A stretch of DNA of 64,000 nucleotides. Source: a bacterium. GTDB taxonomy: Bacteria > Patescibacteriota > Saccharimonadia > Saccharimonadales > SZUA-47. The DNA is taken from positions 65,260-129,259 of the forward strand of contig RFTN01000003.1 of the NCBI GenBank assembly GCA_009923445.1, given 5' to 3'. The notes below the pieces were generated by a model that was given only the letters and a program-made list of their open reading frames with translations, ran no database searches and was not told the DNA's origin. Positions 19,157 through 27,996 of the stretch are shown here, in pieces. Numbering within the stretch: the first letter of the stretch is position 1; every line of letters begins with the position of its first letter. The translations under genes and the position numbers were made by a program.

Positions 19157-20014
19157 TTAACTAAATGATATGTTGTCTGTTCCGGCGGTAAATGTTAAAA
19201 CAGTATCAGAACCTGCAATTGCTGATGTATATGTTAATCCAACACCTATGGTTGTTCGCAAATATGATGGAAATCTTATAATAACAACTCCTGAACCACC
19301 CGATCCCGCTGTTATAAAACCAGTTGTACCACTGCCACCGCCACCACCGCCTCCTGTATTTGGTGAACCATTTGTCGCATTGGTGGTGGAACTTCCGCCA
19401 TCACCACCGCCGCCAGTACCACCAGTGCCGCCAGCAAATGTACTATTTCCACCGCCAGCCCCACCGCCAGCATATGTTGTCAGAGCCACGGGTATAGAAG
19501 AGCTTCTGCCAGATCCGCCGTTGCCACCAGCGGTTCCTGATGCCGCACCGCCAATAGAACCCGCTCCGCCACCGCCCCCTCCCCGCACGTTACCATTACC
19601 ATTTCCTCCTATATTTCCTTGTTGAGATGCAACGATATTTGATGATGAAACTGTTGAGGACAAAGCACCCCCGCCCGATCCTCCTCTAATAAAATTAGCA
19701 CTGCCATCTTGATAACCGCCACCTATGCAAATAATATTTGCAAATCTAGAGTTGCTTCCGAAGTTTCCGTTATTTGTACCTCCGGAACCTATGGTTATAT
19801 TGTAATTAGTGTTTAAAGTTACTCCAAAAGTTTGTTCCAGCATTCCACCCGCACCTCCGCCTCCTCTACCGTTGGAGCCGGCAGATCCATTTAAAGGACC
19901 GCCCCCACCAGCAACAACCAAAACCTGTACGCTATTAGTTTGTGTGGTGTTAAGAGATCCATAAGGAAGAGAAGACACCAGAGTTGTTCCGAATCCGAAA
20001 ATGCCGTTGTTCAC
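19157..20014 (-). CDS. glycine-rich fibre-like structural protein (paralog B)
   Basis: 285 aa; same Gly-rich architecture and C-terminus IGVGLTYTSA...TAGTDNISFS; GTG start in a GTGA overlap with upstream stop. Confidence 0.7.
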   Translation of the reverse strand: MNNGIFGFGTTLVSSLPYGSLNTTQTNSVQVLVVAGGGGPLNGSAGSNGRGGGGAGGMLEQTFGVTLNTNYNITIGSGGTNNGNFGSNSRFANIICIGGGYQDGSANFIRGGSGGGALSSTVSSSNIVASQQGNIGGNGNGNVRGGGGGGAGSIGGAASGTAGGNGGSGRSSSIPVALTTYAGGGAGGGNSTFAGGTGGTGGGGDGGSSTTNATNGSPNTGGGGGGGSGTTGFITAGSGGSGVVIIRFPSYLRTTIGVGLTYTSAIAGSDTVLTFTAGTDNISFS

Positions 20015-20394
20015 AGATCCGCTCCTAATGCTGTAACGTGAGTCGTTTGACTAACACTAGTGGTGGCTCTTACGCTCCATGATGCGCTTGGTAATATAAG
20101 ATTATTATAACTTGTGCTGACTCTAGTTTGTTGAACAGTGGATGACCCTGTTGCTGCGGCTATTGTAACTTCATCGAATAACCAGTAAGTTGAACCATCA
20201 TATAAAAATATTCTAACAATAGCTGCTGATGATGTGGCTGCACACTTTATCACAATTTCTGCTATTCTCGTACCCGTACTAGCTCCAGTAATAACTGTGC
20301 CAACGTTAGTTGGGGCTGTATACGAGCTATCTGCTGTAGCTATGGATACTGCACCTATTCTTGGTGTTGCTGCGAACGAAGGACTTGTAGCCAT
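20011..20394 (-). CDS. hypothetical structural protein
   Basis: 127 aa Ala/Ser/Thr-rich ORF inside the fibre operon, GGAGAAA ribosome-binding site upstream. Confidence 0.5.
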   Translation of the reverse strand: MATSPSFAATPRIGAVSIATADSSYTAPTNVGTVITGASTGTRIAEIVIKCAATSSAAIVRIFLYDGSTYWLFDEVTIAAATGSSTVQQTRVSTSYNNLILPSASWSVRATTSVSQTTHVTALGADL

Positions 20395-20407
20395 AAATTA
20401 TTTTCTC

Positions 20408-20854
20408 CTATCTAAAATTACTCCATAAATAAAGATTAATTGCTGCTTGAGCATTTGCTATTCCTCCCATTGGGGGACCAACTTCAACATATTGTGAACC
20501 AGTCCATTGATATAGTCTGCTGGTATCAGTTGCTAAATAATAAACTGATGTTGAGCCTGTTGCTGGAAAATTACTAGTAGTTGAATAAGATGCTATACTA
20601 TTTAAACCGCTAACACCAATAGTAGCTGTTGATCCATTAGAGCCTAAACTAATATTAATATTAGAACCACCTATTAATCCTGATGGTATTACTGAAGAGT
20701 ATGAAAGACTATTCCATGCTGAAGATCCATTTCCAATTTTAAAGAGTCCAGTATCACTTTCGTATCCTGGTTCTCCACTAGCTAATGTTGGATTACTACT
20801 ACTCCATTGGGAAGCTGTTCCCTTGCGTATAGTAATTAAATCATTAACTGGCAT
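20408..20854 (-). CDS. tail-fibre-like protein with HylP/Mtd-type N-terminal motif
   Basis: N-terminus IRKGTASQWSSSNPTLASGEPGYESDTGLFKIGNGSSAWNSL matches the R.G....W...NP.L..GE......KIGDG...W..L fibre N-domain. Confidence 0.6.
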   Translation of the reverse strand: MPVNDLITIRKGTASQWSSSNPTLASGEPGYESDTGLFKIGNGSSAWNSLSYSSVIPSGLIGGSNINISLGSNGSTATIGVSGLNSIASYSTTSNFPATGSTSVYYLATDTSRLYQWTGSQYVEVGPPMGGIANAQAAINLYLWSNFR

Positions 20855-20866
20855 AGCATCATCCTA

Positions 20867-22195
20867 TCAGGGGGTTCCACCATCAATAACACAATAATTT
20901 AGTGTTGTTGGACTATTAGCACTAGTACCACTAATAGTAGTAAGACCATTGATAGTTGTCAAAGAACCACCCAAAGAAACTGAACTAGATCCAATAGTAA
21001 CTGAACTATTAGCTAATTGATTATTATCTACGCCACCACTCTTAATACTAACTGCTCCAGAAGTTACATTAAAATCTCCACTATCAAAAGAAGCTATTCC
21101 TTTGGATGATGTTGACGCATCACTAATTAAACCAGATGTTACACCAGTAATTCTACCATAAGAATCTGATGTAACAGATTGTATAAATGATGAAGACGAT
21201 GAACCAGTACTATCAGATCTACTTATAGTAGCTAGATCTATAGAATCGCTATTAATTATTATTCTAGATGAACTAGCCGTACCAATATCTATTGTATTAC
21301 CATTTTTAGTTAAACCAGCTCCTGCTGTTATTTGACCAGCACCACTAAATTGTGTAAATACTAAGCCTGTTGTATCTAATGATATTGGATTATTAGTTGT
21401 TAACACCCAACCACTATCTGCATTGGCAGAGCCTTCTTCAACAAATGTAAACATACCAGCTGTAACTTCATTAGCAGAATCAGAATCACTAGAACGACTC
21501 CAATTACCAACGGCCACATCGTATATGCCATTTTGTGCATATGAGTTTTGATCTTTAACTAAAACTCTATCTCCAGCTACAACACTAACACCATCGATAG
21601 TTTGAACACCAGATAATGTAATATTTCCTGTTGTTGCCACCCTAACGCTTTGTTTAACGTCTAGTCCACTACGAATAGCATCAACATATGCTTTATTAGC
21701 AGCATCGCTATCCGCCGTAGGGGTAGCTAGTGAGGTTATTTTTTGATTATTGAAAGATACTGAGCTTGTGGGTGCGGCCATTTGATCTAGTCTATTTGTT
21801 CGCACCTGAGTATCAAAACCGGCTATATCACCAGCATTAGTAACAATGCCAGTATTAGTAATAGTATAAGTTCCATTACTATGAGATAAACTAATACCAG
21901 AACCAGCTGATAAAGGACTAGAAATATTTAGAGTATTATTTGCGTCATCATAAGTTTTAACAATACCATTACCAGCTATGATAAGATCGTTTACTCTATC
22001 ATCAATAATTTCATTTAATTCTGATGGTAGGGTTGTTGCCCAATCTAAACTACTCCATAGTGTTGATCCATCGCCAATTTTAAACTTTTTAAGAGTAGTA
22101 TCATATCCTATTTCACCCATTGATAGTGGGTCTGTGGATAATGCCCATTGAGTTGATGAGCCTCTTCGTAGTTGTACTTTTGTTTGAACTGGCAT
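20867..22195 (-). CDS. tail fibre protein
   Basis: 442 aa; N-terminus LRRGSSTQWALSTDPLSMGEIGYDTTLKKFKIGDGSTLWSSL (same motif), long Ser/Thr/Gly-rich shaft. Confidence 0.7.
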   Translation of the reverse strand: MPVQTKVQLRRGSSTQWALSTDPLSMGEIGYDTTLKKFKIGDGSTLWSSLDWATTLPSELNEIIDDRVNDLIIAGNGIVKTYDDANNTLNISSPLSAGSGISLSHSNGTYTITNTGIVTNAGDIAGFDTQVRTNRLDQMAAPTSSVSFNNQKITSLATPTADSDAANKAYVDAIRSGLDVKQSVRVATTGNITLSGVQTIDGVSVVAGDRVLVKDQNSYAQNGIYDVAVGNWSRSSDSDSANEVTAGMFTFVEEGSANADSGWVLTTNNPISLDTTGLVFTQFSGAGQITAGAGLTKNGNTIDIGTASSSRIIINSDSIDLATISRSDSTGSSSSSFIQSVTSDSYGRITGVTSGLISDASTSSKGIASFDSGDFNVTSGAVSIKSGGVDNNQLANSSVTIGSSSVSLGGSLTTINGLTTISGTSANSPTTLNYCVIDGGTP

Positions 22196-22217
22196 CTGAT
22201 TTCTCCGTTAATAATTC

Positions 22218-22460
22218 TTAGGGCGTACCGCAATCAAAATGATAATTATCTAGATAATGATTTAATCCAATAATTCTATTTACAGGATAGTCTGGTAGGT
22301 CACTAGGCAGTATTCTTTCTGTATTAATAATTTCAATATTAAATTGATCATATTTTTGTACTTCAATGTTATTTGAATTACCAACAAAATTTGTTTCAAT
22401 ATCTATAGTATACACTTGTGGCTCTAGGACTTCGACTATAAAATTGCTCATAGACTGCAA
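22218..22460 (-). CDS. hypothetical protein
   Basis: 80 aa; C-terminus NYHFDCGTP resembles the C-terminus NYCVIDGGTP of the following fibre gene. Confidence 0.45.
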   Translation of the reverse strand: MQSMSNFIVEVLEPQVYTIDIETNFVGNSNNIEVQKYDQFNIEIINTERILPSDLPDYPVNRIIGLNHYLDNYHFDCGTP

Positions 22461-22852
22461 TCCATATTAGAAGGTATTTGACTAAATCTTTTTACTATAG
22501 TAATTATACCATATAAAATACGAGTACTATATTTGCCGCCACCATCATATAAATCATCTGGACTTTGTAGTTCAAGATCATACTTGGCCGTATTAAAATT
22601 AAAACTATTAGTTGTAGATGTTGGAAATAATAGTGTTAATTTACCATTAGGTTCGTCTATTTCAAACCTATAAACTTCGTGATTATTATTGTTAGAAGAA
22701 AAGGTTTGGGTTGTGCTACTGCTTGTTCTCCACACCAATCTTGCACACCAACCTGTTAAATCCACAGGGATTCCTTCGGCATTTTTGTATACTAAAGATA
22801 ATCTAAAAGATGTTCCTTGTTCTATAGCGAAATCATACTTTGCTGCTGCCAT
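22448..22852 (-). CDS. putative virion structural protein (beta-sandwich-like)
   Basis: 134 aa; YDFAIEQGTSFRLSL..G.PVDLTGW.ARL pattern recalled from phage tail/baseplate accessory proteins (recall only). Confidence 0.4.
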   Translation of the reverse strand: MAAAKYDFAIEQGTSFRLSLVYKNAEGIPVDLTGWCARLVWRTSSSTTQTFSSNNNNHEVYRFEIDEPNGKLTLLFPTSTTNSFNFNTAKYDLELQSPDDLYDGGGKYSTRILYGIITIVKRFSQIPSNMDCSL

Positions 22853-22955
22853 AGGAATAATTGCCTTGTTTAAGATTTATAGTGTTGGTATGCTAATACT
22901 ACAGAGATACACCTAAACACTAAGATGATTAATGATTAATAATGGCCAATATAAA

Positions 22956-23639
22956 TTAGACAATTCCTAGTATAGAAGATCCATTAATGCCTTTTTCATA
23001 CTTGAACTTAACATTTCCATAAATACCAATAAAGCCACCTATGATCATAGTATGAGCAGATGTTAAAGAAAAAGTAGCGTCTCCAATTATTGCTCCTTGA
23101 TTGTAAGAATAATCATTGAATGTAGCATGTCGAGATACTTCAGCACTATTTATTGAATAATCATTAAATATAGCATCGAAAGTAACATACCACATGTTTA
23201 ATGATGAGTCATTAAAAGTTGCATTTGATACTGTTCCCGCATTTCTTGATGAGTCGTGAAAAGTAGCATAACCATTAATTGTAGTAGAGTTGTTTGAATT
23301 ATTATAGAATTGGCAATTTCCATTTATAGTGCCACCATTATATGCATAATTATAAAATGTAACATCTCCATTTACCACACCACTAACCTCACCAGCATTA
23401 AATATAAAACTATTTGCTGTAACATTAACAAAAGTATTAACATTAGCTTGACATGTAAAAGTATTAACTATTCTAGTAATATTTTCATTATCATATACGC
23501 TTCTATGAATAAAAACATTATCATTAGATGTTGGTAAAGCACTAGCTTGAACAGTAAAGCCTGAGTCACTCCACCAATTATTAAGATCACCCCATTCTCC
23601 TGAAAAACTATTAGAAGGATAGAAATATAAATTAGCCAT
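22956..23639 (-). CDS. beta-helix repeat protein (fibre/spike-like)
   Basis: 227 aa with about 19-20 aa degenerate repeats (ATFHDSSRNAGTVSN / ATFNDSSLNMWYV / AIFNDYSINSAEVSR / ATFNDYSYNQGAI). Confidence 0.5.
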   Translation of the reverse strand: MANLYFYPSNSFSGEWGDLNNWWSDSGFTVQASALPTSNDNVFIHRSVYDNENITRIVNTFTCQANVNTFVNVTANSFIFNAGEVSGVVNGDVTFYNYAYNGGTINGNCQFYNNSNNSTTINGYATFHDSSRNAGTVSNATFNDSSLNMWYVTFDAIFNDYSINSAEVSRHATFNDYSYNQGAIIGDATFSLTSAHTMIIGGFIGIYGNVKFKYEKGINGSSILGIV

Positions 23640-23959
23640 TATACACCATTAATTATAGGATTTGATCGGTGGTAAAATAAACCTTCTAAAACAGATGCTG
23701 GATTATCTCCGAGTAATTCTGTAATTCTGGATTCAATTTGAGCTTGAGTATAATCACCAATTTTATCATAATCTTCTTTATTCCAAAGAATTAGTGGTCG
23801 TGGTGCTGGTCTTATTAGAGCCGAAACAACTTTCATCTCACAATTATCTATAATTGTTATATTTAATTTATCTACAGTAATTGGATTAAAATTTTTAACT
23901 GTGCCATCATCTTTAGTTATACTAGGAAGGGTGATAGTAATTGAGTTTTGGAGTTTCAT
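23639..23959 (-). CDS. hypothetical protein
   Basis: 106 aa ORF, start-stop abutting the next gene. Confidence 0.45.
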   Translation of the reverse strand: MKLQNSITITLPSITKDDGTVKNFNPITVDKLNITIIDNCEMKVVSALIRPAPRPLILWNKEDYDKIGDYTQAQIESRITELLGDNPASVLEGLFYHRSNPIINGV

Positions 23960-23983
23960 GGTTTTTCTTTTTATTTTAATTTT

Positions 23984-25765
23984 TTAATAACCGGGTACAA
24001 AAGCCACAATATCCCACTTGTCTCTTCCCTGGTGGTATGTTGCGGCTAATATGTCCATTTTATTTACTGCGGCACTCCATGGTAATGGCGAAGTTGCACT
24101 ACTTGGAATATTAAATTTATTACCAAGAGTTACTGTGCGATTGCCAGTGCTGTCTTGAGTTATTCTCCAACGCAAAGTTTTACCATTAACCGGATTAGTT
24201 GGATTAGCTAGTGTGGTATTGCCTGTTAACGTAATATCAAAAATATCTCCAGAACTAGCGTCTGTATTTATAGTACTACTAAATGTTAAATTAACAACAG
24301 TTGTTGAGCCACCACCCAATACAGATGTTCCGTTGCTATCCAGAATATCGCCATCTATTGGTAATCTCAATTTGCCATCTGTACTAAACGTCCAGTGATT
24401 ATTATTTGAGTCTGTGCCAATAATAACATCCCCACCATTTTTTTCAATCTTTATATATTGATCATCATCACCCAAGTATAAATCAACAGTGGTTGGATCT
24501 CCAGATAATAGATGAACATGACTATGTTCTGAATTAGACATTCCATTATTAGTCACAGTAATATATTGACCAATGGGCATCCCATTAGATTCTTCAAAAT
24601 TATAATAGAGTGCTGGATCATTTTCGGTCTCTGTATTAGTTGACCTTATTCCATCAACACTCGTTAATGTTAGAGTAAATTCAGCAATATTGCTATCTGC
24701 TGGTATAGTCCAAGTAATATTTTGTGTCTCTGGAGCAGAAACGGTTGAGAAAGTTAGTTTTCCAGTTAGTGCTCGGCCTAATGATTGTGGGGTTACTCCT
24801 GTACCAGTAATAGTATAGTTTACTGTCCCAAAATAAGACCAGCTTTGTAGACTAACTGAAATTGTGATAGGATTACCATACTCAATATAATTACTAGTGC
24901 TCATCCCCCATATAGCTTGAGTAGGACGAATTACTAAACTTTGTCCAGAAGCTGCTGTGGGTGGCATTATAGAAACAGTATTATTTGTTTCGCTTAATAT
25001 GCTTCCTTCGGGTAGTGTTAAATTACCTTCTGAATCATAAACCCATCCTCTAGCATTAGAGGAAGCATGGGTATAAATCTTAAAAGAACTAGTCTGATCC
25101 ACAATTTGTATATTAGTTTCACCCTGATCGGCTTGACTTGCAATTAAGTTACCATTTGGTAGGGTTATGCTGCCATTTGAGCCAAAAGCCCAATTCTGAT
25201 TATTATTTTTGATTTCAACTTCACCACTATAGGTTGAATTAGTTTGACCAGGAATAGATAATCCAGTATCTTCTCCATTGGTAACCCATATCCCGCCATA
25301 AATGGGGCCGGTTTGTTCACCAGATTCATCTACTATAGTACCATCAGAAGATATAACCATACGACCAGTATCATGATAAATACTACCAACTTTTAATGTG
25401 CTAGGAGTTTGAGTATCATCATAACCATCTTCTTGACTATCTTGTATTAGAATACCTTTACCACTAAAAGCATTCATATCAAAAATCATATTACGATCAG
25501 CACCAATTAAAATATTACCATTATTATTAGTAGTAATAATTAAATCTTGATCATTATTAGCTGTGCTAATAGTTGATCCGTCAAAAACAATATCGCCCGT
25601 ATTAAGATTACTATTATTGTTATTACCAAGAAAAGTTTTAAGCTCATTTAATGATATTTTTTTGGTTGCGCCACCATTATTGGGGCTATCCATAAACAAA
25701 AATATATCATCATTACTTAGTTGACCACTACCATCTGGTAGATCTTTGATTTTTTTAATACTCAT
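23984..25765 (-). CDS. large tail fibre / receptor-binding-like protein
   Basis: 593 aa; N-terminus IKDLPDGSGQLSNDDIFLFMD...KKISLNELKTFL typical of phage fibre N-termini; Asn/Thr/Gly-rich. Confidence 0.6.
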   Translation of the reverse strand: MSIKKIKDLPDGSGQLSNDDIFLFMDSPNNGGATKKISLNELKTFLGNNNNSNLNTGDIVFDGSTISTANNDQDLIITTNNNGNILIGADRNMIFDMNAFSGKGILIQDSQEDGYDDTQTPSTLKVGSIYHDTGRMVISSDGTIVDESGEQTGPIYGGIWVTNGEDTGLSIPGQTNSTYSGEVEIKNNNQNWAFGSNGSITLPNGNLIASQADQGETNIQIVDQTSSFKIYTHASSNARGWVYDSEGNLTLPEGSILSETNNTVSIMPPTAASGQSLVIRPTQAIWGMSTSNYIEYGNPITISVSLQSWSYFGTVNYTITGTGVTPQSLGRALTGKLTFSTVSAPETQNITWTIPADSNIAEFTLTLTSVDGIRSTNTETENDPALYYNFEESNGMPIGQYITVTNNGMSNSEHSHVHLLSGDPTTVDLYLGDDDQYIKIEKNGGDVIIGTDSNNNHWTFSTDGKLRLPIDGDILDSNGTSVLGGGSTTVVNLTFSSTINTDASSGDIFDITLTGNTTLANPTNPVNGKTLRWRITQDSTGNRTVTLGNKFNIPSSATSPLPWSAAVNKMDILAATYHQGRDKWDIVAFVPGY

Positions 25766-25990
25766 TTAAGCTCCAATAATAGTTTGGTCATCTGTTAATC
25801 TTACAAAAATACCATTATAAAATCTATTTCCATACTTACTAGCAATATTACTAATAGTTGGTTTATTTTTAACATAATAATTATATGTATTATATTTGCC
25901 AGTAAAAGTAGTAGAGGTAACTACACTCCCATTTTTAACCGGATTTTCTAATATACTAGCTGTTATATCTGTGAATGGTCTGCTTGGCAT
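25766..25990 (-). CDS. hypothetical protein
   Basis: Start moved to ATG 25990 (MPSRPF...) with TAGGAGAAATTAAA upstream; 74 aa. Confidence 0.45.
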   Translation of the reverse strand: MPSRPFTDITASILENPVKNGSVVTSTTFTGKYNTYNYYVKNKPTISNIASKYGNRFYNGIFVRLTDDQTIIGA

Positions 25991-26041
25991 TTTAATTTCT
26001 CCTAATAGTTTACTTATAGTTATACACAATATTCCACTTAA

Positions 26042-26362
26042 CTAAGGTCTTTCAATTCTATCTTCTAAAGCTTCTAGGGTTTTGCCTAAAGTTGCTATTT
26101 GTATTTTAAGTTCATTCATTACATCAGTATTTCTTTGTAAAGCATTAGCAAATGCTGCTTGTGTTTCTTTATTAGTATTTAATCTTTCCATAATAAATTG
26201 TCTATCATGAATATATGGAGATTGAGTTTCAATCATATGAGCTACATCACTTTTAGTAGCCATATTACGACCAATAGTAACCCAAAAACCCAACATAGTA
26301 ACAATAATGCCAATACTGGTTGTAGCAATATTTTCCCAAAAATGAATAATAGTATCAGACAT
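26042..26362 (-). CDS. membrane-anchored coiled-coil protein
   Basis: Start moved to ATG 26362 (MSDTIIHFWENIATTSIGIIVTMLGFWV TM helix, then heptad-like C-terminus). Confidence 0.45.
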   Translation of the reverse strand: MSDTIIHFWENIATTSIGIIVTMLGFWVTIGRNMATKSDVAHMIETQSPYIHDRQFIMERLNTNKETQAAFANALQRNTDVMNELKIQIATLGKTLEALEDRIERP

Positions 26363-26447
26363 TATTACAGCCTTTCTATAAGAACTAAAAGCCAACGATA
26401 CTCAAGGCATCATTGGCTTTCTAGTATCGTAAAACTATACAGTATAA

Positions 26448-27260
26448 TCAATTAGTTTTGGGTTTGTAGTTTGATGTAACAGGAACTTTTGCCCCGGTCT
26501 TGAAAACAAGCTGACCAGGAAGATCTCTGGTTGGAGCGGCTGCGTTATCGGTAGCAAAAGTGTCTAATGTTACAGCAGGATAATTAGTATCAAATTTGCC
26601 GGTATAGATATTAAATTTACCAGCTCTCGCTGCTGTAGAAGTTTTACGAGTTCTAACAGATTGCACACTATTGATACTTTTTACTAGTTCTGGTCTAGCA
26701 GCGCCGCTTCTTAAAACAGTATTGCTAACACCACCTAATACAACTGTTACTTTCTTAGCAATTGGGCTTTGAGTGTTGTGAGCAAAAACTCCACCACTTA
26801 CTGCCTTATTAGCACTGTTATTATCAACAACTACTGAACCAACTACCTGTCTTTCGTTTTGATAAACTTTTGGAGAAACAATAAACTTTCTTTTTGGTCC
26901 AACATTACCACCATTTTTAATAGTACCACCATTATTTTTAGCTGTATTAGGAGCTGGACTTACTGGGCCACTTGTGGTTGTTGTTTGACCACTAGTGGTT
27001 GTTGGGGTAGTTAAATTAACATTACCATTAGCAAAAACACCACTGATGTTGGTTGTTCCATTTGGTAATGTGAATACGAAAGAACTACCAGTATACTTTG
27101 ATAGATAATCTACTGCTGCGACTTGTGAACCGTCGAGATAAATATACATGGTTGCAGGTAGCACATCGCCAGTAGCAAGAGTGGTATATGTGAGACTATA
27201 AGCAGCGGCAGCTACGATATTAACTTCGCCTTCGCTATATGGTGCTGTAATTGTTGGCAT
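26448..27260 (-). CDS. putative virion structural protein
   Basis: 270 aa, Ala/Thr/Ser/Gly-rich with a TTTSGQTTTTSG linker; AGGGG ribosome-binding site; followed by structured RNA-like repeats. Confidence 0.5.
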   Translation of the reverse strand: MPTITAPYSEGEVNIVAAAAYSLTYTTLATGDVLPATMYIYLDGSQVAAVDYLSKYTGSSFVFTLPNGTTNISGVFANGNVNLTTPTTTSGQTTTTSGPVSPAPNTAKNNGGTIKNGGNVGPKRKFIVSPKVYQNERQVVGSVVVDNNSANKAVSGGVFAHNTQSPIAKKVTVVLGGVSNTVLRSGAARPELVKSINSVQSVRTRKTSTAARAGKFNIYTGKFDTNYPAVTLDTFATDNAAAPTRDLPGQLVFKTGAKVPVTSNYKPKTN

Positions 27261-27315
27261 AGTTTTAAACCCCTAAATATTAGTTTGTTAATGGAAGCAA
27301 TAATGAATACACCAT

Positions 27316-27996
27316 CTATGTGGCATTTTTTCTTTTTTCCAATAAAAGTCTATTGAATTTTTTAAGAGAGTGTACAGATGTAAACCTTATGCCATATAGG
27401 CCGGTTTTTTCAATAATATTATAGTGACTATCCTGCCAAGTATTGCCAGTACAGTAGATATTAATATCTTTAGAATTTTCATATAAAAATACGGAAGCAA
27501 TAAGATTATCGGCTAAATTATCAATAAAATATCCACTAGAAGGAAAAATATTTCTAACATTATATGTGTCTAAAATTTCACACAACTTTTTCAAGCAGTG
27601 GTGGTCAAATACTCGATATTCCATGATATATCTAACTAATATATTATTTTGACTACAATATTCTGTAATATTTTTTATATCTTCTCTAATTTTGTCATAT
27701 TTTCTATTAGACGCTAAGTTTTGAGGCATGGAGATATCCACAGATGAACATCCAGCCTTGCCAGCCTGTTGAACAGCCGTTAATCTTGTTTTATGGTCAG
27801 AAACGCCAAGAGGATAGTCTATTAAACAAGAAAGACTTGTAATTTTAGGATTAATTAAATGTTTTATAGATTTTAAATAATAATACGGACAAGTGATAGA
27901 ATCTATAGAATTTGATTCAGATAAAACTTGTGCAACAATATTCTTAACTTCTATATCATTTTTGTCGGTATCTATAATAGCAAAATCTATTTTCAT
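27316..27996 (-). CDS. DeoC/LacD-like aldolase-fold protein, apparently lacking the Schiff-base lysine
   Basis: IDYPLGVSD...AGKAGCSSVDISMP aligns by eye with DeoC TNFPHGNDD...AYGADEVDVVFP. The DeoC FIKTSTG position reads NIFPSSG. Confidence 0.35.
   Translation of the reverse strand: MKIDFAIIDTDKNDIEVKNIVAQVLSESNSIDSITCPYYYLKSIKHLINPKITSLSCLIDYPLGVSDHKTRLTAVQQAGKAGCSSVDISMPQNLASNRKYDKIREDIKNITEYCSQNNILVRYIMEYRVFDHHCLKKLCEILDTYNVRNIFPSSGYFIDNLADNLIASVFLYENSKDINIYCTGNTWQDSHYNIIEKTGLYGIRFTSVHSLKKFNRLLLEKRKNAT

Noticed and set aside
18316-19625. Long plus-strand Pro-rich ORFs (18316..18717, 18889..19083, 19170..19625) and the minus-strand alternative-frame ORF 18326..18628
   Set aside because: They are the antisense or alternative-frame shadow of GGN-rich glycine codons (GGN read as NCC). 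They have no ribosome-binding sites and lie on the strand opposite a uniform operon. The Gly-rich frames have conserved termini and ribosome-binding sites.
18171-20014. Collagen-like annotation for the glycine-rich proteins
   Set aside because: The glycines occur in runs (GGGG, GGSGG) without sustained G-X-Y triplet periodicity.
20408-22195. Diversity-generating retroelement, suggested by the Mtd-like N-terminal fibre motif
   Set aside because: No reverse transcriptase gene and no template/variable repeat pair with A-specific differences is visible in this window. The motif is widespread in ordinary fibres.
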